From NCBI GenBank assembly GCA_965195345.1, contig OZ239628.1, positions 1,312,001-1,376,000 of the forward strand: DNA of 64,000 nucleotides. Reading direction: 5' to 3'. The notes beneath the pieces are model-generated. The model was not told the origin of the DNA. It saw only the letters and a list, made by a program, of their open reading frames with translations, and did not search any database. The stretch's first letter is position 1. Every line of letters starts with the position of its first letter. Of the stretch, positions 20,279 to 30,053 are shown piece after piece. The position numbers and the translations under genes are program-made. The DNA is from an uncultured Thiomicrospira sp. (GTDB taxonomy: Bacteria; Pseudomonadota; Gammaproteobacteria; CAKMZV01).

Positions 20279-21511
20279 TTAAAAGTGTTTCCCAATCCAG
20301 CCTGTCATTTTTTTCACGACATTAGAACGTTCATTTTGCTTTTCAATGCTGGAACTTTTATCATTACTGCTCACATACTTCAATAAACCTATAGAAGTTG
20401 CAAATTGTGGGTCAAAGACTTCATTAACCAACGACTTCACTCCATGAGGTTCACCTACACGTGCAGGCATTTCCATAACCTCTTCCACTAATTCTACTAA
20501 TCCAAATACTTTAGAAGCGCCACCAGTCAAAACTATTCCAGCACGCAACATATCATAATAACCGGTATTTATTAAATGCTCTCTAACAGATTTCAATAAT
20601 TCAGCATAACGTGCTTCCACGGCAGGTGCCAAGGTTGCAATGGTCATTTCACGAGGCGCTCGCCCTCCTACACTTGGCACTTCGACAATTTCTTCTGCAG
20701 AAGCTAACTCTGACCAAGCACATGCATGATTCAGTTTGATTTTTTCTGCATCATAGTGTGGTGTTCTAAGTAGCATGGCGATATCACGAGTTACTTGTTG
20801 TCCTGCGATCGGTATTGTTGATATATGGCGAATTGCACCATCAAAGAAAACCACCAAATCGGTCGTCCCAGCACCTATATCAATTAAACATATACCAAGT
20901 TCACGTTCATCTTCTGTAAGAACCGCTTTACTTGCTGCTAAAGACTCCAGTACCACGCTATTTACTCTGAGTTGACATTGACGCACACATTTCATTAAAT
21001 TTTGTATAGCACTAGTGGCACAAGTAATCATATGCACTTTTGCTTCTAAGCGTACACCTGCCATACCGACAGGCTCAAGAACACCTGATTGGCTATCAAT
21101 CATAAATTCTTGCGGCAATACATGTAATACATGTTGATCTGCTGTCAAAGCGACTGTGCTGGCACTGTCAAGAACCCTTTGCACATCTTCTTTGCTCACT
21201 TCTTTGTGGGATATAGCAACCATACCTGTGGTATCTCGTGATGCTATATGCGTTCCGGCTATATTAACAACAACTTCTTCAATTTTACAGCCCGCTATTA
21301 ATTCAACCTGTCCTATAACTTCCTTAATGGCATGGACAGTGCTTTCAATATTTACCACCACGCCTTGTTTAATGCCGTGGGATGGGTGACTTGCTTGAGC
21401 AATTATTTCAAAAGTTTTATCAGCGTGTCTTTCAGCAACAACCACCAAAACTCTTGAAGTTCCAACATCCAAGCTTGTAACCAGTTCTCTTTGCAACTTA
21501 TCTTGCGCCAC
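20279..21511 (-). CDS. ftsA: Cell division protein FtsA
   Basis: LDVGTS, GIKQGVVVNIE, PVGMAGVRLE, IDIGAGTTD, VLTGGAS, C-terminal amphipathic helix KKMTGWIGKHF. Confidence 0.98.
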   Translation of the reverse strand: MAQDKLQRELVTSLDVGTSRVLVVVAERHADKTFEIIAQASHPSHGIKQGVVVNIESTVHAIKEVIGQVELIAGCKIEEVVVNIAGTHIASRDTTGMVAISHKEVSKEDVQRVLDSASTVALTADQHVLHVLPQEFMIDSQSGVLEPVGMAGVRLEAKVHMITCATSAIQNLMKCVRQCQLRVNSVVLESLAASKAVLTEDERELGICLIDIGAGTTDLVVFFDGAIRHISTIPIAGQQVTRDIAMLLRTPHYDAEKIKLNHACAWSELASAEEIVEVPSVGGRAPREMTIATLAPAVEARYAELLKSVREHLINTGYYDMLRAGIVLTGGASKVFGLVELVEEVMEMPARVGEPHGVKSLVNEVFDPQFATSIGLLKYVSSNDKSSSIEKQNERSNVVKKMTGWIGKHF

Positions 21512-21512
21512 T

Positions 21513-22193
21513 TTAACTCCGTTTTATATTGCTTATACTGAAGCCATTATTGTAACGTAAATCTATGCGCTTTATACTCTTCCCATCATAATCAGGATTC
21601 AATTTAATAAAAATCATTATTTCATTGATTTTTTTGAGTATATCCTTCTCATCAAATACAATTTGACTGCCACTTTTCAATGTAAACTCAATAGTTTTCC
21701 AAGGAGTTATTTTAAGCGACTCTAGTTCAATATTATTCTTATCAAACGCTTCTTTCGCCTGATAAAGAATAGGAAGCAATAAATTTAAAGACTGAGTACT
21801 ACTTTCTACCTTTGGCAAATGCGCCCATTCGCTCAATTCTTCATTATTGGGAATAAACCACTGCCCTGTTTTTGAAATCAAATAATTTCCTTTCCAACGC
21901 AGTATCGGTTCGTGCTCTTGCAAAGTAATTAAAACACTTTTTGGCCACCTTTTATTAACTGTTACTTCTCGCACCCACGCAAGCTCACTTAACTCATCAC
22001 TCAATGCTTCTTCATCAAGCAACCACCAACTCTTATTATCTATTTCTTTAAGTTGCATGCGCAACGTCTTAAGATCAACGTGTGGATGGTACCCTGTAAC
22101 TTCTACACGTTCTATTTTTTCCAACATAACTCCACCGATGACTACAGCAATAAGTAGCAATGAAACCCCAGCTATTATCCGAATTAATTGCAT
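21513..22193 (-). CDS. ftsQ: Cell division protein FtsQ/DivIB
   Basis: N-terminal TM, POTRA region (WVREVTVNKRWP), C-terminal IDLRYNNG; lies between ddl and ftsA. Confidence 0.92.
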   Translation of the reverse strand: MQLIRIIAGVSLLLIAVVIGGVMLEKIERVEVTGYHPHVDLKTLRMQLKEIDNKSWWLLDEEALSDELSELAWVREVTVNKRWPKSVLITLQEHEPILRWKGNYLISKTGQWFIPNNEELSEWAHLPKVESSTQSLNLLLPILYQAKEAFDKNNIELESLKITPWKTIEFTLKSGSQIVFDEKDILKKINEIMIFIKLNPDYDGKSIKRIDLRYNNGFSISNIKRS

Positions 22194-23128
22194 GCAATCA
22201 TTGCTACTAATTGATCAATACTTAATCCAGCTTTTTTTGCTGCCGTAGGTACCAAACTGTGATCGGTCATGCCAGGTATCGTATTAATTTCTATCAACCA
22301 TGGCTGCTCTTTTTCATCGATCATAAAATCAACCCGCCCCCAACCAGTTGCCCCCGTTACATTAAATGCTTTAAGAGCTATATCTTGTAATTGTTGAGAA
22401 TGCCGCTTTGAAAAGTTTCGTGGAGGAGATAAAAACTGTGTATCTTCGGCAATATATTTTGCATGATAATCATATATTCCACTGGATGGTATGATTTCAA
22501 TGGCGGGCAAAGCAACGTCCGAAACAATACCGACTGTTATTTCCTTTCCTTTAATGTATTGCTCAACCATCATAAATGTAAATTGTTGTGTTTTTTCCAA
22601 CGCTGCATTTAGTTCGTCTGTATTGTGAACAATAAAAAGGCCCAATGATGATCCTTGTGCAACAGGTTTAACAACCAGTGGAAACGGAATTTTCAGTTCA
22701 TTAGCCGACTTCAATTGTTGCGACTGTGGTGTTTTAAACCCATATGCCTCCCACACTTTCTTAGTCTGAATTTTATTCATGCACAATGCGGAAGCTTGTG
22801 CTTTGCTACCAACATAAGGGATCCCCATCCCATCAAGCAAACATTGCATGCCTCCATCTTCTCCAAACTCTCCGTGCAAAATTGAAAAAACTTTATCAGG
22901 CTTCACTTCCTGAAGTTGTTTTTCAACATCATCCCAACGATCAATAACTACATCAACCACATCAGCTCCAGAGCGCACAAGTGCTTCAAGTACAAATTGA
23001 CCACTTATGAGCGAAACCGCTCGCTCTCCAGATTCGCCTCCGCGCAAAATTGCTAAACGACCTAATTTAGGTAATTTATTAATCGCGACATTAGCCTGTT
23101 CAATTAAGTTCATTACTTGCTTGTTCAC
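22184..23128 (-). CDS. ddl: D-alanine--D-alanine ligase
   Basis: GGESGERAVSLISG, LHGEFGEDG, VKPVAQGSS, YDYHAKY, GRVDF, EINTIPGMT. Start could be ATG 23113. Confidence 0.97.
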   Translation of the reverse strand: MNKQVMNLIEQANVAINKLPKLGRLAILRGGESGERAVSLISGQFVLEALVRSGADVVDVVIDRWDDVEKQLQEVKPDKVFSILHGEFGEDGGMQCLLDGMGIPYVGSKAQASALCMNKIQTKKVWEAYGFKTPQSQQLKSANELKIPFPLVVKPVAQGSSLGLFIVHNTDELNAALEKTQQFTFMMVEQYIKGKEITVGIVSDVALPAIEIIPSSGIYDYHAKYIAEDTQFLSPPRNFSKRHSQQLQDIALKAFNVTGATGWGRVDFMIDEKEQPWLIEINTIPGMTDHSLVPTAAKKAGLSIDQLVAMIACN

Positions 23129-24515
23129 TTGGCATATCTTGCATTAACTGGCGCATCCACCCCGAAATACTCCCTGCTCCCATGCTAATTAAAATGTCTT
23201 CTTCTTCAACTATATTGCTAAGCACATCCTCCAATTCAATATTATCAGCAACCTGTATTAGGTGCTTCACCCCGCGCAAACGCAATGCGTTAGCTATCGT
23301 TTCTGCACTACCACCTTGTGAAGGATCTTCTCCAGCTGAACAAACATCCATCAGAATAAGCACGTCTGGTGTAACCAAACTCAATTCACGCACAAAACGA
23401 TCAAACAATTCAATAATTCGACTGTAACGATGAGGCTGAAAAATCAATATTCTTCTTTTATCTGGCCAACAACGGATAACTGCGTCCCACGTAACAGCCA
23501 ATTCTTTAGGATGATGCGCGTAATCATCCACCCATGTTAATGGTTTAGACTGAAAAGAAACTTCATGTATTTCAAAACGCCGCCCTACTCCAGAAAAACT
23601 TTCCAATGCCTCTTTTACATCTTTTAAAGAAATATCCAGCTTATCAGCAACAGCTATTGCTGCTAAGGCATTGCAAACGCTATGAACACCTGGGAAATTT
23701 AAAATTATCCTCCCATTGGGTACTCCTCTTACTTCGAGGTTAAAGTGCATTTTTATCCCTTCTTGCTTTAAATTGGTTGCACGGAAGTCTGCTTCTTCAC
23801 TCAATCCGTAAGTAACCACTTTACGAGCAATATTTGGCATGATTTGGCGCACACCCTCATCATCTATGCACAGGACAGCAAGCCCCCAAAAAGGCAAATG
23901 ATGTAAAAAATCAGAAAATGCGTTATACAAAACCTGTATTTTATGATCGTAAGTTTGCATATGATCTTCATCAATATTGGTCACAACCGAAATAACGGGT
24001 TGTAGCTGTAAAAATGAACCATCGCTTTCATCCGCTTCAGCAACTAAGTACTGCCCTTCACCCAGCTTTGCATTTGCAGATATTGCATTAAAGCGCCCTC
24101 CAATAACATAGGTAGGATCTAACTTTGCGCTAGCGAGGACGGTAGCGATCATTGAAGTCGTCGTAGTTTTCCCATGCGTTCCCGCAACGGCAATACCATA
24201 TTTAAAACGCATCAATTCAGCCAACATTTGTGCACGCGTTATAACGGGTATACGAGCTTCTTTTGCTGTAATTAATTCAACATTGTCCGATGCTATCGCA
24301 GAAGAGACCACCACCACATCAGCGCCCAAAAGGGCTTCGGAAGAATGACCAATAAATATCTTTGCGCCTTGTTTGCGCAATCGATGTGTCATCGCACTAT
24401 TTTGAATATCACTTCCAGTAATATTGTAGCCAACACCAATAAGCAACTCAGCTATTCCTGACATTCCTGTGCCGCCTATACCAACAAGATGAATGTGTTG
24501 CACACTTTCTCGCAT
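23100..24515 (-). CDS. murC: UDP-N-acetylmuramate--L-alanine ligase
   Basis: HLVGIGGTGMSG, AGTHGKTTTT, EADESDGSF, GVGRRF, DDYAHHP, FQPHRYSR. Confidence 0.98.
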   Translation of the reverse strand: MRESVQHIHLVGIGGTGMSGIAELLIGVGYNITGSDIQNSAMTHRLRKQGAKIFIGHSSEALLGADVVVVSSAIASDNVELITAKEARIPVITRAQMLAELMRFKYGIAVAGTHGKTTTTSMIATVLASAKLDPTYVIGGRFNAISANAKLGEGQYLVAEADESDGSFLQLQPVISVVTNIDEDHMQTYDHKIQVLYNAFSDFLHHLPFWGLAVLCIDDEGVRQIMPNIARKVVTYGLSEEADFRATNLKQEGIKMHFNLEVRGVPNGRIILNFPGVHSVCNALAAIAVADKLDISLKDVKEALESFSGVGRRFEIHEVSFQSKPLTWVDDYAHHPKELAVTWDAVIRCWPDKRRILIFQPHRYSRIIELFDRFVRELSLVTPDVLILMDVCSAGEDPSQGGSAETIANALRLRGVKHLIQVADNIELEDVLSNIVEEEDILISMGAGSISGWMRQLMQDMPSEQASNELN

Positions 24516-24610
24516 ACTTTTCCTTATATTATTTAACCTTTATAAACCTACGCAACTATGAATAAGTGCTAAAGCGTTCATTTTCAAAAATTTATTATAA
24601 AGTCTGTTCT

Positions 24611-25744
24611 TTATATTCGCTTGTTAGACAAAACATCAGCATTTGTATCATCCAACTGTTGTAAGCATAATTTGCTTACCTGTTGAGTAGCATTGTTTTC
24701 AATCTGCTTTAGTGTATTATGCGCGCGCTCAATCAAAAGCGGATTATTGTATAAATCTATTATTTTTCCTGTTAAGCTTTCAACGTTCAAATTACTTTGT
24801 TGCATCACCCATCCTCCACCGTTTTTTTGAAAAAGTGACGCATTGACACTTTGATGATCGTGGGTAGCGTAAGGAAATGGTATAAGTATTGCAGGTTTTT
24901 GAACTTGTGTAAGTTCACTTATTGTGATTGCTCCAGAACGTGCAATAACGACATCAGTATTGCTATAGGCTGTCATCATATTATCTATAAAGTCGACCAA
25001 TTCCAATTGCCCTGAAGCCACCATATCTGAATATTGTAACGCTATGCTTTCAGAACGTCCACGTCCACATTGCAATAAACATTTAATGTGTCTCCCATCT
25101 TGCAATAGCGATTGGATAGTTCTCGGTATAATTTCATTAAATGCTACAGCACCTAAACTGCCTCCAAACACCAAAATTTTCAGTGGTCGTTTTTCATCAA
25201 AAAATGTCGGCGCACTCCAATTTAATCTATGGATGCTTCCACGCAATGGATTGCCTGTGGTTACCACTTTTTTGCCTTTTGGAAATGCACCATCAAATCC
25301 TTGACAAACTGTTCCTGCAAAATAAAAAGCAAATCTATTACCTACTCCAGCGCGTGCATTTTGTTCATGCAATATGATAGGGATTTTCAAGAATCTGGCT
25401 GCTAAGACCGTCGGAACACTGATATACCCCCCCATAACCAACAACACACTATTACTGCGCAAAACTCTTAAAATTTTTTGACATTGCAAAAAAGACCTAA
25501 ATAGCTTCCAAAGCAATGTTAACCATTGCATCAATCCTTTTCCTAGAAATCCAGAAAAATTGATGGAATGAAAGGTATGCGGTGTATGAGAAACAATGTC
25601 CTCTTCCATGCTAGATGAAATGCCAATCCAATGAACTTTAGCGCTTTGCTCGTAAACATAATTAGCAACAGCAAGCGCTGGGAAAATATGCCCGCCCGTA
25701 CCAGCAGCAGCCACTATGAGCGTTTTATTTTTCCACAACTTCAT
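24611..25744 (-). CDS. murG: Lipid I N-acetylglucosaminyl transferase
   Basis: AAGTGGHIFPA, MGGYIS, HEQNA, TGNPLR, GGSLGA, ARSGA, HQSVNA; start at the ATGA overlap with the ftsW stop (25741-25744). Confidence 0.97.
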   Translation of the reverse strand: MKLWKNKTLIVAAAGTGGHIFPALAVANYVYEQSAKVHWIGISSSMEEDIVSHTPHTFHSINFSGFLGKGLMQWLTLLWKLFRSFLQCQKILRVLRSNSVLLVMGGYISVPTVLAARFLKIPIILHEQNARAGVGNRFAFYFAGTVCQGFDGAFPKGKKVVTTGNPLRGSIHRLNWSAPTFFDEKRPLKILVFGGSLGAVAFNEIIPRTIQSLLQDGRHIKCLLQCGRGRSESIALQYSDMVASGQLELVDFIDNMMTAYSNTDVVIARSGAITISELTQVQKPAILIPFPYATHDHQSVNASLFQKNGGGWVMQQSNLNVESLTGKIIDLYNNPLLIERAHNTLKQIENNATQQVSKLCLQQLDDTNADVLSNKRI

Positions 25745-26925
25745 AACAAACGCCTCAACTCTATGTCGGCTCTTAAAACAAGTCCAAAAGTAATACACAT
25801 CATTAACAAATTACTACCTCCATGACTGATCAATGGCAGTATCAATCCTTTGGGAGGAAGCAACCCGAAAGCAGAACCTATGTTGACAATAATTTGAAAT
25901 AAAATCCAAAGACCTAGCCCAAGCGGCAATGATCCCAGAAATAATGCTTTAACTTTCCATGCTCTAATCACCATAGCGAACAAGCGCCAAAGAATCGTCA
26001 AGTATAGTGATAAAACTATGCAAAACCCAATAAAACCAACTTCTTCAATAATAACTGCAATGATGAAATCAGAATGCTGATCGGGCAAAAAACCCGTCTT
26101 CTGTACAGAATTCCCCAAGCCTACTCCAAACCATCCACCTTCTGATATAGCCATCAAAGAATTCGACACCTGATAACCTGCACCTTCCTTATGAGCCCAT
26201 GGATCAAGAAAAGTCAACCACCGTTGCAGGCGATATTCTGTAAAAAAGATAAGCGAAAAAAGCAAGCCGACAACGCCCGTTGAAAGAATAGCGTACCCTA
26301 TTAGATTTGCTCCTGCGAAAAACATCATTCCCATAACAATAAAAAGCATTCCCGCCATTGCGCCAGCATCTGGCTCAAAAAACAACAGCAACAACACCAA
26401 TGCCATAGGTAACGTGACCACTTTCAATGTGTTGTGCCAATCTCTGCGCATGACTACAGAAAACTTTTCTATATAGCCTGCCATGAATATTATGAAAGCA
26501 AATTTCATATATTCCGAAGGTTGAAAACTAAAACCTGGTAGATTTAACCAACGGCGACTTCCTTTGATTTCCACACCAATTCCTGGGATGAGCACCAAAA
26601 TGAGCATAGTCAAGCCAATAATAAATATCGGCCATCGCAATGTGCGCCAAATATCCAATGGAATTTTGCTGATAAACCAAAACAATAGCAGTCCAAAAAA
26701 AAGCACACTCCACTGCCTTAAAGCCATTACGGCTGGCAAATTAAAATGTGTTTGACTGTAGTAGACGGTTGCTGATAAAACCATCACGCTGCCGAACATA
26801 ATGATAAGAGAAAATGCACCCCAAAGGATATGGTCTATTTCGCCATTAAGAAGTGCGCTGATATTTGATGATATTTTATCTTTCACCATAGGTGACGCAT
26901 TGTACTCATCAAAGGAGTGTGGCAT
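25741..26925 (-). CDS. ftsW: Peptidoglycan glycosyltransferase FtsW (SEDS family)
   Basis: GSRRWL, FQPSEYMK, EPD, GYQ, GVGLGNSVQK, LPDQHSDFI, LPPKGLILPLISHGGS; directly upstream of murG. Confidence 0.95.
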   Translation of the reverse strand: MPHSFDEYNASPMVKDKISSNISALLNGEIDHILWGAFSLIIMFGSVMVLSATVYYSQTHFNLPAVMALRQWSVLFFGLLLFWFISKIPLDIWRTLRWPIFIIGLTMLILVLIPGIGVEIKGSRRWLNLPGFSFQPSEYMKFAFIIFMAGYIEKFSVVMRRDWHNTLKVVTLPMALVLLLLFFEPDAGAMAGMLFIVMGMMFFAGANLIGYAILSTGVVGLLFSLIFFTEYRLQRWLTFLDPWAHKEGAGYQVSNSLMAISEGGWFGVGLGNSVQKTGFLPDQHSDFIIAVIIEEVGFIGFCIVLSLYLTILWRLFAMVIRAWKVKALFLGSLPLGLGLWILFQIIVNIGSAFGLLPPKGLILPLISHGGSNLLMMCITFGLVLRADIELRRLL

Positions 26926-27215
26926 TTGAATTTGCTGTTAAATACTTTTGATATACTTGCATCACCCATAAAATGTGTTTATTGCACTTTGTTTGCCAGC
27001 GACTCCTTATTCAGGGTTTATCTTTCAAAGATTTGAAAAATAACTATATATCATTTTTGATATTAATAAAGCCATTATGTAAATAAAATATAGACTAATA
27101 GATGACATTAGTATATCGTTTATGTAATTTATTGTTGAATAAGTTATTTTAAATTTCCACCTTGATTTCGATTGTAATTACATTTGAGATTACGGAAGAG
27201 TGTAAAATTTCAAGA

Positions 27216-28232
27216 ATGCATACAATCCTTTCCATTGATGGTGGCGGAATACGAGGCTTGATTCCTGCTCGCCTACTAAAGTGGGTTGAAAAAAGGCTTC
27301 AAGAGAAGACTGATAATAATGAATTGCGCCTTGCTGACGTGTTTGACTTCATGGCAGGAACATCCACTGGTGGCATTATGGTTAGTGCTTACCTTAAGGC
27401 GCATCCCGATACTAAGCGTCCTGAGTTTAGCACAGATGAAGTTGAACAGCTCTACATCAAAAACGGTGCAAAGATATTTGATTTGAATGCTTTTCAACAA
27501 CTAAAAAGCGGTTGGGGAATAGCTGACTCCAAATTCTCTTCAGCAGGTATTGAGGATTGTATGTTAAAGTATTTTGGCAATACAAAGACGAGTGAGTTAC
27601 TGCGTCCTTGCATAATAACTGCTTATGATTTGCACTCTCACAACAGTCTGTTTTTTGGTCAACATCATGCTTTGGAAAACCCCACTAAAGATTTTTATGT
27701 CCGTGATATAACGAGAGCGACTTCAAGTGCTCCGGTTTTCTTCCCAGCAGCCGATGTGTCAAGCATTGATGGGAAAAAAGAATTCTTATGCATAGATGGT
27801 AGCTTATTCGCATATAGCCCTGCTATTTCTGCTTATGCTGAGATGCGTCGGTTAAATCCAGAAGATCATGCCGATTCAATGTTCCTGTTGTCGCTCGGCA
27901 CAGGTGAAGCAGTATTAGATCATTCGCACGAAACAATTAAACACTGGGGCATGTTTGAGTGGTCACAAGTGCTTAGTGATTTGGTTTGCGACTCCAATGG
28001 GAACAACGTTGATTTTAACCTTAATCAAGTTTTCAGGAATTCTCCTGATCAATACTATCGGTTAAATCCAATGATAAAAGGCAAAGTTCCCATGATGGAA
28101 GCAAGTAAAAAAAGCATAAGAAATATTCTCACTATTGCAGATAGTTACATTGAAGAAAATCAAAGCCAGCTAGAGAAAATAGCAGATATATTATTCAAAA
28201 ATTTTGAAGAAAGATCATCAAAGATTTCATGA
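27216..28232 (+). CDS. Patatin-like phospholipase / acyl hydrolase
   Basis: ILSIDGGGIRG oxyanion motif, AGTSTGG (GxSxG), RATSSAPVFF, IDGS (catalytic Asp), LSLGTG. Confidence 0.93.
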   Translation: MHTILSIDGGGIRGLIPARLLKWVEKRLQEKTDNNELRLADVFDFMAGTSTGGIMVSAYLKAHPDTKRPEFSTDEVEQLYIKNGAKIFDLNAFQQLKSGWGIADSKFSSAGIEDCMLKYFGNTKTSELLRPCIITAYDLHSHNSLFFGQHHALENPTKDFYVRDITRATSSAPVFFPAADVSSIDGKKEFLCIDGSLFAYSPAISAYAEMRRLNPEDHADSMFLLSLGTGEAVLDHSHETIKHWGMFEWSQVLSDLVCDSNGNNVDFNLNQVFRNSPDQYYRLNPMIKGKVPMMEASKKSIRNILTIADSYIEENQSQLEKIADILFKNFEERSSKIS

Positions 28233-29908
28233 GAAAAGCATCATTAAACATTTCTAAACCTTGGTTAACAAGCTACCCTCCAGGGGTTCCAGAGTTTATA
28301 GATGCAGATAAATACGAAAACATTCCATTGCTAATTGATGAGGCTTGTCAAAAATTTAGCGAGCGCGTTGCCTTTGAAAACTTTGGTGCTCAGTTAACTT
28401 TTAAAGCAATGAAAAATTTGAGCGATGCTACTGCTGCTTGGTTACAAAGCCAATCTTTTGAACAAGGGGATCGTGTTGCTATTATGATGCCCAACTGCCT
28501 CGCTTACCCAGTCATTCTTCACAGCATATTAAAAGCAGGATTATGTGTTGTTAACATTAATCCACAATACTCTGTTCGAGAGCTTAAGCACGTTTTGAAT
28601 GATAGCAAGGCAAAACTCATATTTTTGTGGGAAGGATCCGCTCATACCCTAAGCATTACAAAAATAGATGCTCCAATAAAACTAGTACTCGTTACCATCG
28701 GTGATTTGATGGGCATCAAAGGTATTGCGATAAACGCTGTAATTCGTTATGTTAAAAAAGCAGTCAAACCCTTTTCAATGACAAGCGCAATACCTTTTTC
28801 AGAAGTCATTAAATTAGGGAAAAAACGAAACCTTCACCAAGTAAAAATCAATTCAACTGATACTGCTTTTTTTCAATACACTGGTGGAACAACTGGCGCA
28901 TCCAAAGCTGCAATTCTGACTCATCGCAATCTCATCGCCAATACCGAACAAGCGGACGCATACCTCAACCCTACTCTGACACGTGCTGATAAGCAGATAA
29001 CTATCATTGCGCCATTACCGCTGTATCACATCTTTTCACTTATGGTTAACGGTATATTGATGCCAAAACTGGGGGCACTGAATGTCCTCATTACTAATCC
29101 TAAAGATATATCTTCTTTTATTAAAACACTGAGTAGTCATAAATTCAATGCACTGCCTGGAGTAAATACACTGTTTGCGGCACTGCTTGATCATCCTAAT
29201 TTCGCTAGCGTTGATTTCTCACATCTGCAATTAACGCTTGGTGGTGGTATGGCTGTACAAAGCAATACCGCGCGCCAATGGCAAAGCACCACAGGGTGTC
29301 CAATACATCAGGCTTATGGCTTAACTGAAACTTCACCTGGGGTGTGTGTGATGCCTCACACTAATCTCGAATTTTCAGGGAGCATTGGCTTACCACTCCC
29401 CTCAACAGAAGTAGTCATTTTTGATGATTTCAATAACCCTCAGCCTACAGGAGAAATTGGCGAATTATGTGTTCGTGGACCGCAAGTCATGCAAGGTTAT
29501 TGGCAAGAGAACGAAGACATTGAGGATACTGATCACACCAACTGGCTACGTACTGGTGATATTGCTAAAATCGATGAAAATGGCTATGTGTATATAGTTG
29601 ATCGAAAAAATGATATGATCTTAACATCCGGCTTTAATGTATATCCAAATGAAATTGAAGATGTGTTAACCTCTCATCCTGCAATTAAAGAATGTGGTTG
29701 CATAGGTGTGGATGATGAGCGAAGCGGGCAGATAGTAAAAGCTTATATCGTTTTTAATGCTTCATTTGCTGCAACCGACGAAGAGTTAAAGGCATTTTGT
29801 GAAACACAATTAACCAGCTACAAAATACCAAAACTATTCGAATCCATTGATGCACTTCCGAAAAATAATGTCGGGAAGGTTCTTCGACGCGAACTACGTA
29901 CGATTTAA
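28229..29908 (+). CDS. fadD: Long-chain-fatty-acid--CoA ligase
   Basis: KPWLTSYPPGVP, QYTGGTTGASK, PLPLYHIFSL, YGLTETSP, RGPQVMQGYW, RTGD, SGFNVYPNEIE, GKVLRRELR. Confidence 0.93.
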   Translation: MRKASLNISKPWLTSYPPGVPEFIDADKYENIPLLIDEACQKFSERVAFENFGAQLTFKAMKNLSDATAAWLQSQSFEQGDRVAIMMPNCLAYPVILHSILKAGLCVVNINPQYSVRELKHVLNDSKAKLIFLWEGSAHTLSITKIDAPIKLVLVTIGDLMGIKGIAINAVIRYVKKAVKPFSMTSAIPFSEVIKLGKKRNLHQVKINSTDTAFFQYTGGTTGASKAAILTHRNLIANTEQADAYLNPTLTRADKQITIIAPLPLYHIFSLMVNGILMPKLGALNVLITNPKDISSFIKTLSSHKFNALPGVNTLFAALLDHPNFASVDFSHLQLTLGGGMAVQSNTARQWQSTTGCPIHQAYGLTETSPGVCVMPHTNLEFSGSIGLPLPSTEVVIFDDFNNPQPTGEIGELCVRGPQVMQGYWQENEDIEDTDHTNWLRTGDIAKIDENGYVYIVDRKNDMILTSGFNVYPNEIEDVLTSHPAIKECGCIGVDDERSGQIVKAYIVFNASFAATDEELKAFCETQLTSYKIPKLFESIDALPKNNVGKVLRRELRTI

Positions 29909-29968
29909 TTTACTCACTTTTATCGGCGTTATCGACGTAAAGAGGCATTATAAACACCATCCAAAATG

Positions 29969-29977
29969 GTTATAATA
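29969..29977 (+). promoter_or_regulatory. Candidate -10 promoter element of the mqo-sdh operon
   Basis: GGTTATAAT about 77 nt upstream of GTG 30054; the leader holds a CTACGTT/AACGTAG inverted repeat. Confidence 0.4.
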
Positions 29978-30053
29978 GCGACCTACGTTAGGTTCCTATA
30001 TCAAAGTTCTCAACGTAGCTTTCATCAATTCACCGTTAAGCTAATATTAAAAA

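Noticed and set aside
26890-26990. SFDEY at the FtsW N-terminus as a murD remnant
   Set aside because: Five residues only, an in-frame stop just upstream, and no other MurD motif in the spacer.
27216-28232. Patatin as a CBASS CapV anti-phage effector
   Set aside because: No CD-NTase or Cap2/Cap3 genes nearby; it is coupled to fadD.
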